Source: Gracilinanus agilis
Taxonomy: Eukaryota
Direction: 5' to 3'
Assembly: GCF_016433145.1 (NCBI RefSeq)
Contig: NC_058130.1
Coordinates: forward strand, 167,035,972-167,099,971
Length of the DNA stretch: 64,000 bases
Shown: piece by piece, positions 58,831 through 64,000 of the stretch
Numbering within the stretch: the first letter of the stretch is position 1
Layout of the letters: each line of letters begins with the position of its first letter
Notes under the pieces: model-generated
Database searches by the model: none
Told to the model about the DNA's origin: nothing
What the model saw: the letters and a program-made list of their open reading frames with translations, nothing else
Made by a program: the position numbers and the translations under genes

Positions 58831-59473
58831 TTGTCCTTGATTTCTTAATCGCAGTTACTGAGACTTGTCTACATAGGAAAGAATGATTGTTGATCAGAAT
58901 AAAAATAGATGCCTTCTGATTCTGCCTTTGCTTAGGCAGCTCCCATGTTTAGAATAGGCTCCACTTTCCAACTCCACCCCCCAACATCTTCATGTCACAT
59001 TCTTTGCCCCACCTTCCTTGCTTCCCATCCATTCTAAAGGTGCCTCTCCTTCAAGACTTTACCCTCTAGATCTCGCCTTCTAATTTCTTGGGACGAGGAT
59101 ATTAACTATAAAAAGTCCATAACTTTTAACCTTATGTCATTACTTGTACACTGATCGTGTTTCCTTGCCTTCTGGAACCATTAGATCCCTTAATGGAAAG
59201 AATCCTTTATAAAAGATCTTTGATTTAGAACTAAAAGAGACTTTAAATTATCATCTAGTTCAGCCTTTACATTATGTAGATTAGATAATTTAAGCCCAGA
59301 AGCCTGTGAGATTTTTATTAGACTAGTCAATGTCTAAGGTAGGACTTAAATCCAGCTTTTCCTGCTGCCAAGACTGGGAGTCACCAGGTTGTTTTTTATT
59401 TTATCTTTAAATTGAAAATGCCTAACTTGAAGTGCTTAGAGTTGTCAAGGGAAACTGAAGAGAGGGTCTGGAG

Positions 59474-59734
59474 CAGTGATGGCGAACTTTTTAGAGACTG
59501 AGTGCTGCCTCCCCTCCCCTTACCCCAGACAGGGGAGGGAGGAAGTGCTCCCATTGTGTTGCTGGGCAGAAGGGCAGTGAAATGAAACATTGTCCTCAGG
59601 CAAGGTGGAGAGGGGGAAAGGAGCAGCTCCACTTGAGTCCCTCTGCCTTTCTAGTCATGAACCCTGGCAGGTGATGGCTCAAGTATCTACAGAAAGGGAT
59701 CTGTGGCACATGTGCCATAGGTTTGCCACCATGG
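59474..59734. mobile_element. Non-autonomous hAT element (hAT1-type TIR CAGTGATGGCGAAC)
   Basis: 5' CAGTGATGGCGAAC, 3' GTTTGCCACCATGG, subterminal palindrome TGGCACATGTGCCA; 8-bp flanks GTCTGGAG / GTCTAGAC. Confidence 0.8.
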
Positions 59735-59742
59735 GTCTAGAC

Positions 59743-59929
59743 CAGGGATCGGCAACCTTTTTGGCCATGAGAGCCATAAACACCACATTTTTAAAAATGT
59801 AATTTCATGAGAGCCGTACAGTGCTCACAGTGCGCGCTCCTGTAACAGTGCCTGAAAAAAAAAATTGACTTTGTGGCTCCTGCAGAAAGAGCCACATCTG
59901 GCTTGAGAGCCATACGTTCCCGGCCCCTG
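59743..59929. mobile_element. Non-autonomous hAT/Charlie MITE (TIR CAGGGATCGGCAAC ... GTTCCCGGCCCCTG)
   Basis: TIRs plus NTCTAGAN flanks GTCTAGAC / CTCTAGAG. Confidence 0.85.
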
Positions 59930-60049
59930 CTCTAGAGGGTTATTTCTGATTGGGGGCCAGGTGTTAGGTAGATTTGAGAGAAGGGACTAAGAGGAATACT
60001 TATCCTATACTCCAATATCCCCATTCCTCAAGATTCTTGCTGCTGGAAT

Positions 60050-63000
60050 AGATAGGTAGCTCAGTGGAAAGAGAACCAGGCCTGGAACCAGAAGATCCTG
60101 GTTTCAAATCTGCCCTCAGACACTTCCTAGTTGTGTGACTCTTGACAAGTCATTTAATCCCTTTGCCTAGCCCTTACCTCTCTTCTGCCTTGGAACCATT
60201 ACTTAGCATTGACTCTAAGACAGAATTCTGGTAAGGGTTAAAAAAAAAAAAAGACAACTTTGTTGCTGCCTCCCTTTCTTCTCTGGGTCTGAGTCACTCT
60301 CTCCAAAGATCATTCAAGTCCTAGGAATCCTGGCAGAGATTATACATTTCTTTCTCTACCTCTAATTTACTTCTTTAAATCATTCCATGGATATTTATTC
60401 CACACCTACTATATCTTTTGTGCTGGGGACTGAGTGGGATACTTAGATGCTTCTCTTAGAAATAGCTGGTGGCCTAGAGGTGCTGAGCTTGGAGTTGGGA
60501 AGATTTGTGTTCAAATCCAGCCTCAGACTCTTACTGTGTGATCCCTGGCAAATCACTGAACCTTTGTCTGCCTCTGTTTCCTTACTTGTAAAATGGGGAT
60601 AATTATATTACTGGCCTCCTAGGATTATTGTATCAAATGAGATAATATTTGTAAGAAAACATTTAGCACATAGTAGGTGCTATGTAAATCCTTATTTCAT
60701 TCCTTTTCCCATAAATAAACATGCCCTTAAGGAATTTACAATCTAGTAGAGGGGGAAAAAAGGCATCACAGAAAAGATCTTGCATCAGAAGGCAGTGGAA
60801 ATCAGGAAAGCAAAGGGATCCCATTGGCTTTGGAGCTGGAGCTGGGGAGACCAAAGATAGCTTCATGAAAGAGGTAGCATTTGAATTCAGTCTTGCAGGA
60901 TGAGCAGGATTCCATGGGTATAAGATGAGGTTAAAAAGTTCTGCCGAGGGGGCAGCTAGGAAGCACAGTGGATAGAGCAACAGACTGGAGATGTGGCCTT
61001 GGGCAAGCCACTTAACCCGCATTGCTTAGCCGCTCTTCTATCTTTGAACTGATACTATGACAGAATGTAAGCGGTTAAAAAAAAAGTTTTGCTGAGGACA
61101 TGAGAGGGGTAAATCCCAAAGTAAAGAATGTGCAGCAGCTTGGAGATGTCTATTTCCAAAGATATGATCAGTGATTTTCAGTCTGATCTCATGTGACTTT
61201 ATAAAGTCTGTTCTTGCCCCTGATCTTTAATAGTGTAGCCCTTCCACTAGGGCTGCCACACTCCAAGTGAGTTTTTGAGTTCACAGGCTGGGATCCCCAG
61301 AAGTTGGCTGATCACTTCTTCCCTCATGGTTCTAGAAGTAATGCTTAGGGAGTAAGGCTTCTAGTATTGTTGCTCACATGCCCCCATTGGTATGTTTCTC
61401 TTTGGTTATCAGCCAGTGGCCCCAATGAGCTTCTTAGCCAAGGTATTTATTAAATGGTATAGTAAGAATAGTTGGTATAAAACAATTCCCTATAAGGTAA
61501 AGTGGGGACAGGAAGACTTCGAGACATGGTGAAGAAATCATTGTAGAATGTGGGAGTGTCCTGGAGGTAGATGGTTCAGCCTTTGAAACATGAGATGTTT
61601 CTGAGTGGCTGACAAATTCAATTCCTAGGAATGGCAACTAAGAGCAAGGAGAATCCTAATTCCTTACCTCAGGGGTTAGGGAGATTCGGAGGAGAAGCCT
61701 CCATTGAAAATGGGTATAAAGGAAGTGGCACAGATTTGACTGTTCACTTTCTTTATTCCTAGGCTGCTGAGAATTGTTAAACTGTGCTGACTAGGTTTAG
61801 TATAAATTTATACCCTTCTATGAAGAAAAACCTGGGCAGGAATGGACCAATGTTCTCAAGCTATCACAGCTGTTCTCTTGTGGTTTCCCTTTGCCCAAGA
61901 ATGTGAGTTTTATGAATCCAAAAGACCTGGAATCATAATTTCATAGATTTAGATGCTAGAAAGGACTTACTACTTAGTCTGATCTGGTCATCTGACCTGT
62001 CAGAAGAGGAGACTGAGGTTCGGAGGTTAAATGACTTGCTGAGGGTCATACAGCTATTAAACAGGTGAGGCAATATAGAAGCCTATTCTTTTTGATTCAA
62101 AATCCAGTATATCTATGTGTAGCTCTGGGCAAGTCAAATTAATCTCTGAGGGGGCAGTTAGTTTATACAGTGGATAGAACACCAAGTCTGGAATCAGGAG
62201 GACCTGGGTTCAGATGTGACCTCAGTCACTTCCTAGCTGTGTAACCTTGGACATGTCACTTAATCCCATTTGCCTAGCTCGTCTTTCTGTTTTAGGGTTG
62301 TATTAAGACAGAAAGTAAAGGTTTAAAAAGAAATTAATCTCTGTGAATCTTTGTTTTCTCAACTATAAAATTGAAGGGTTTCAACTAAAAGACTTCTGGG
62401 GCTCCTTCCCGGTTCTAGTTCTGCGTTTTCCTTGAGCTTTAAACTCTACCTAATTAACTCTGTGCAAATGACCTGAACTCTTTACACTTCCTTAGACTCA
62501 TTTCTTTTTTCTCCTTTATCTCATTCCTCCTTCTTTAGTAACCCTTTCACCTGTGTTCTTTATCCCATTCCCTCTAGACTTCTCCAAGTCCTTACTCCAT
62601 CATTTCCTCTTTTTCCTCAGATCTAAGGATAGTGCCTGGTATACTCTAGGTATTTAATAAATGTTGATTGATCTTTCTTCCACCTTTAGTCTCTCCTTCT
62701 CTACTCATTTCTTGCTGTAAAGATCAGAGACCTCCCAAGCACCATCCTCAAGGTGCTTTCTCAGTTCTTATTGTTCTTGGCTTCTCTGCAATATTTCTCA
62801 CTCTGGGCCATACTCTTTTTTGAAGTTCTCTAACTTTTCTGATAGTTTCTTTGGTTCTCTTCAGGGAGTCCTTAAGTTTTTTTTTTCCATGGTTATCTTT
62901 TCTCTTTCTGGGGTCTTACTGAATCAGCTCACCCATTTCTGTGATTGCGATTCTTATTTCTGTGCAGATGAGTCCCCAGTCTTTATCTCTAGTTGTGTCT

Positions 63001-63960
63001 CCAGGTTCCAAACTAGCACTTCCTGTTAGAGATCTGTGCATTTCCTTTAGTGTCGTAAATTCAGGATATCCCCAAAGGAATTTATAATGTCTCCTTCCTC
63101 CAAAGAAACTCCAAATAGCTCCTTTCCCATTTCTGTTAATAGCACCACTAATCTCCCCCTCATTCAGGATAAAAACCCCAAAACCCAAATCTCTCTCTGT
63201 CTTCCTCCTTCCCTCCATTTATTCAATCAGCAAGGCTTTTTCAAATCCTTTCTCCCCAGTACCTCATAGCATCCTTCCATTTTCAGTTTCCTTGTTACAA
63301 GCCTAATTCAGGTCTTTATTGCCTTTTGCCAGAACTACTTCAGTCACCTCCTAATTGTATTTCTTACATTTAGTCCATTCTGTACCTGGTCACCAGATTC
63401 ACTTTTCTAAAGAATAGCTCAGATCATGTCATGTCTTTGCAAAAAATTTTTTTTAAACCTTTACCTTCCATCTTAGAATCAATACTGTGTATTGGTTCTA
63501 AGGCAGAAGAGTGGTAAGGGCTAGGCAGTAGGGGGTCAAATGACTTGCCTAGGGTCACACGGCTAGGAAGTGTAAGAGGTCAGATTTGAACCCAGGACCT
63601 CCCTTCTCTGGGCCTGGCTCTCAATCCACTGAGCCACCCAGCTGCCCCCTTTGCTAAACATTTTTAAAAAGTGTTCTAAATTAAACTTAATAAACCATTT
63701 TAAAAGTGTTCTAATTAAATAAAAACTCCTTAGTCCAGCATTTTAGAACCTTCTGTTTAGTATCAATTAACTTTTCCAGTCATATTTCTAGTTAATTCTT
63801 TGAAGGCACCCTCCATTCTAGTTGGACCGACAAGCTTATTCTTGCCTTCTTTCTTCTCCCCTATTTGGAATGGCTGCTTTAGCTCTCCCTCAAATGCCAT
63901 TTCCTCTAGGCAACCTTTTCTTATTCCCCACTTAGTTGTGCTTTTCCTCTTCTCAGAATC
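60050..63960. mobile_element. Repeat-dense block: SINEs (60050-60250, 60460-60720, 60950-61085, 62152-62330, 63455-63648) and LINE-2 fragments (~62400-63960)
   Basis: SINE cores, MIR cores and L2-like remnants. No coding exons recognised. Confidence 0.7.
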
Positions 63961-64000
63961 CCTATAAAATTGTACCTTTCATAGTTGAATGACCTAATCC

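Noticed and set aside
58000-64000. Expected 3' exons of TLN1 by synteny
   Set aside because: No talin-like coding sequence recognised; presumably beyond the window.

Overview
This is marsupial genomic DNA, most likely a didelphid opossum given the abundant SINE1_Mdo-type repeats, and it is syntenic to human 9p13.3. Gene order: an unnamed 5-exon Myb/SANT-like (trihelix-type) gene (+), SIT1 (-), the RNase MRP RNA gene RMRP (-) with a complete type-3 Pol III promoter, CCDC107 (+), ARHGEF39 (-), about 20 kb of repeat-filled intergenic DNA, CA9 (+, 11 exons) and TPM2 (-, with exons 6a/6b and 9a/9d). All exon chains were assembled by hand from GT-AG sites and give open frames. The intergenic block holds a full-length intronless ORMDL1 retrocopy with an intact ORF, poly(A) tail and 13-bp TSD, inserted into a MIR-type SINE. 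Main items of interest: the uncharacterised Myb/SANT-like gene, the ORMDL1 retrocopy, a 346-nt AG-free zone with a distant branch point before TPM2 exon 9d, loss of the dimerisation cysteine in CA9, and two hAT MITEs stacked at one target site. There are three assembly gaps (17671-17710, 40607-40843, 52847-53053). Comparisons with human, mouse and chicken sequences are from memory and need alignment.
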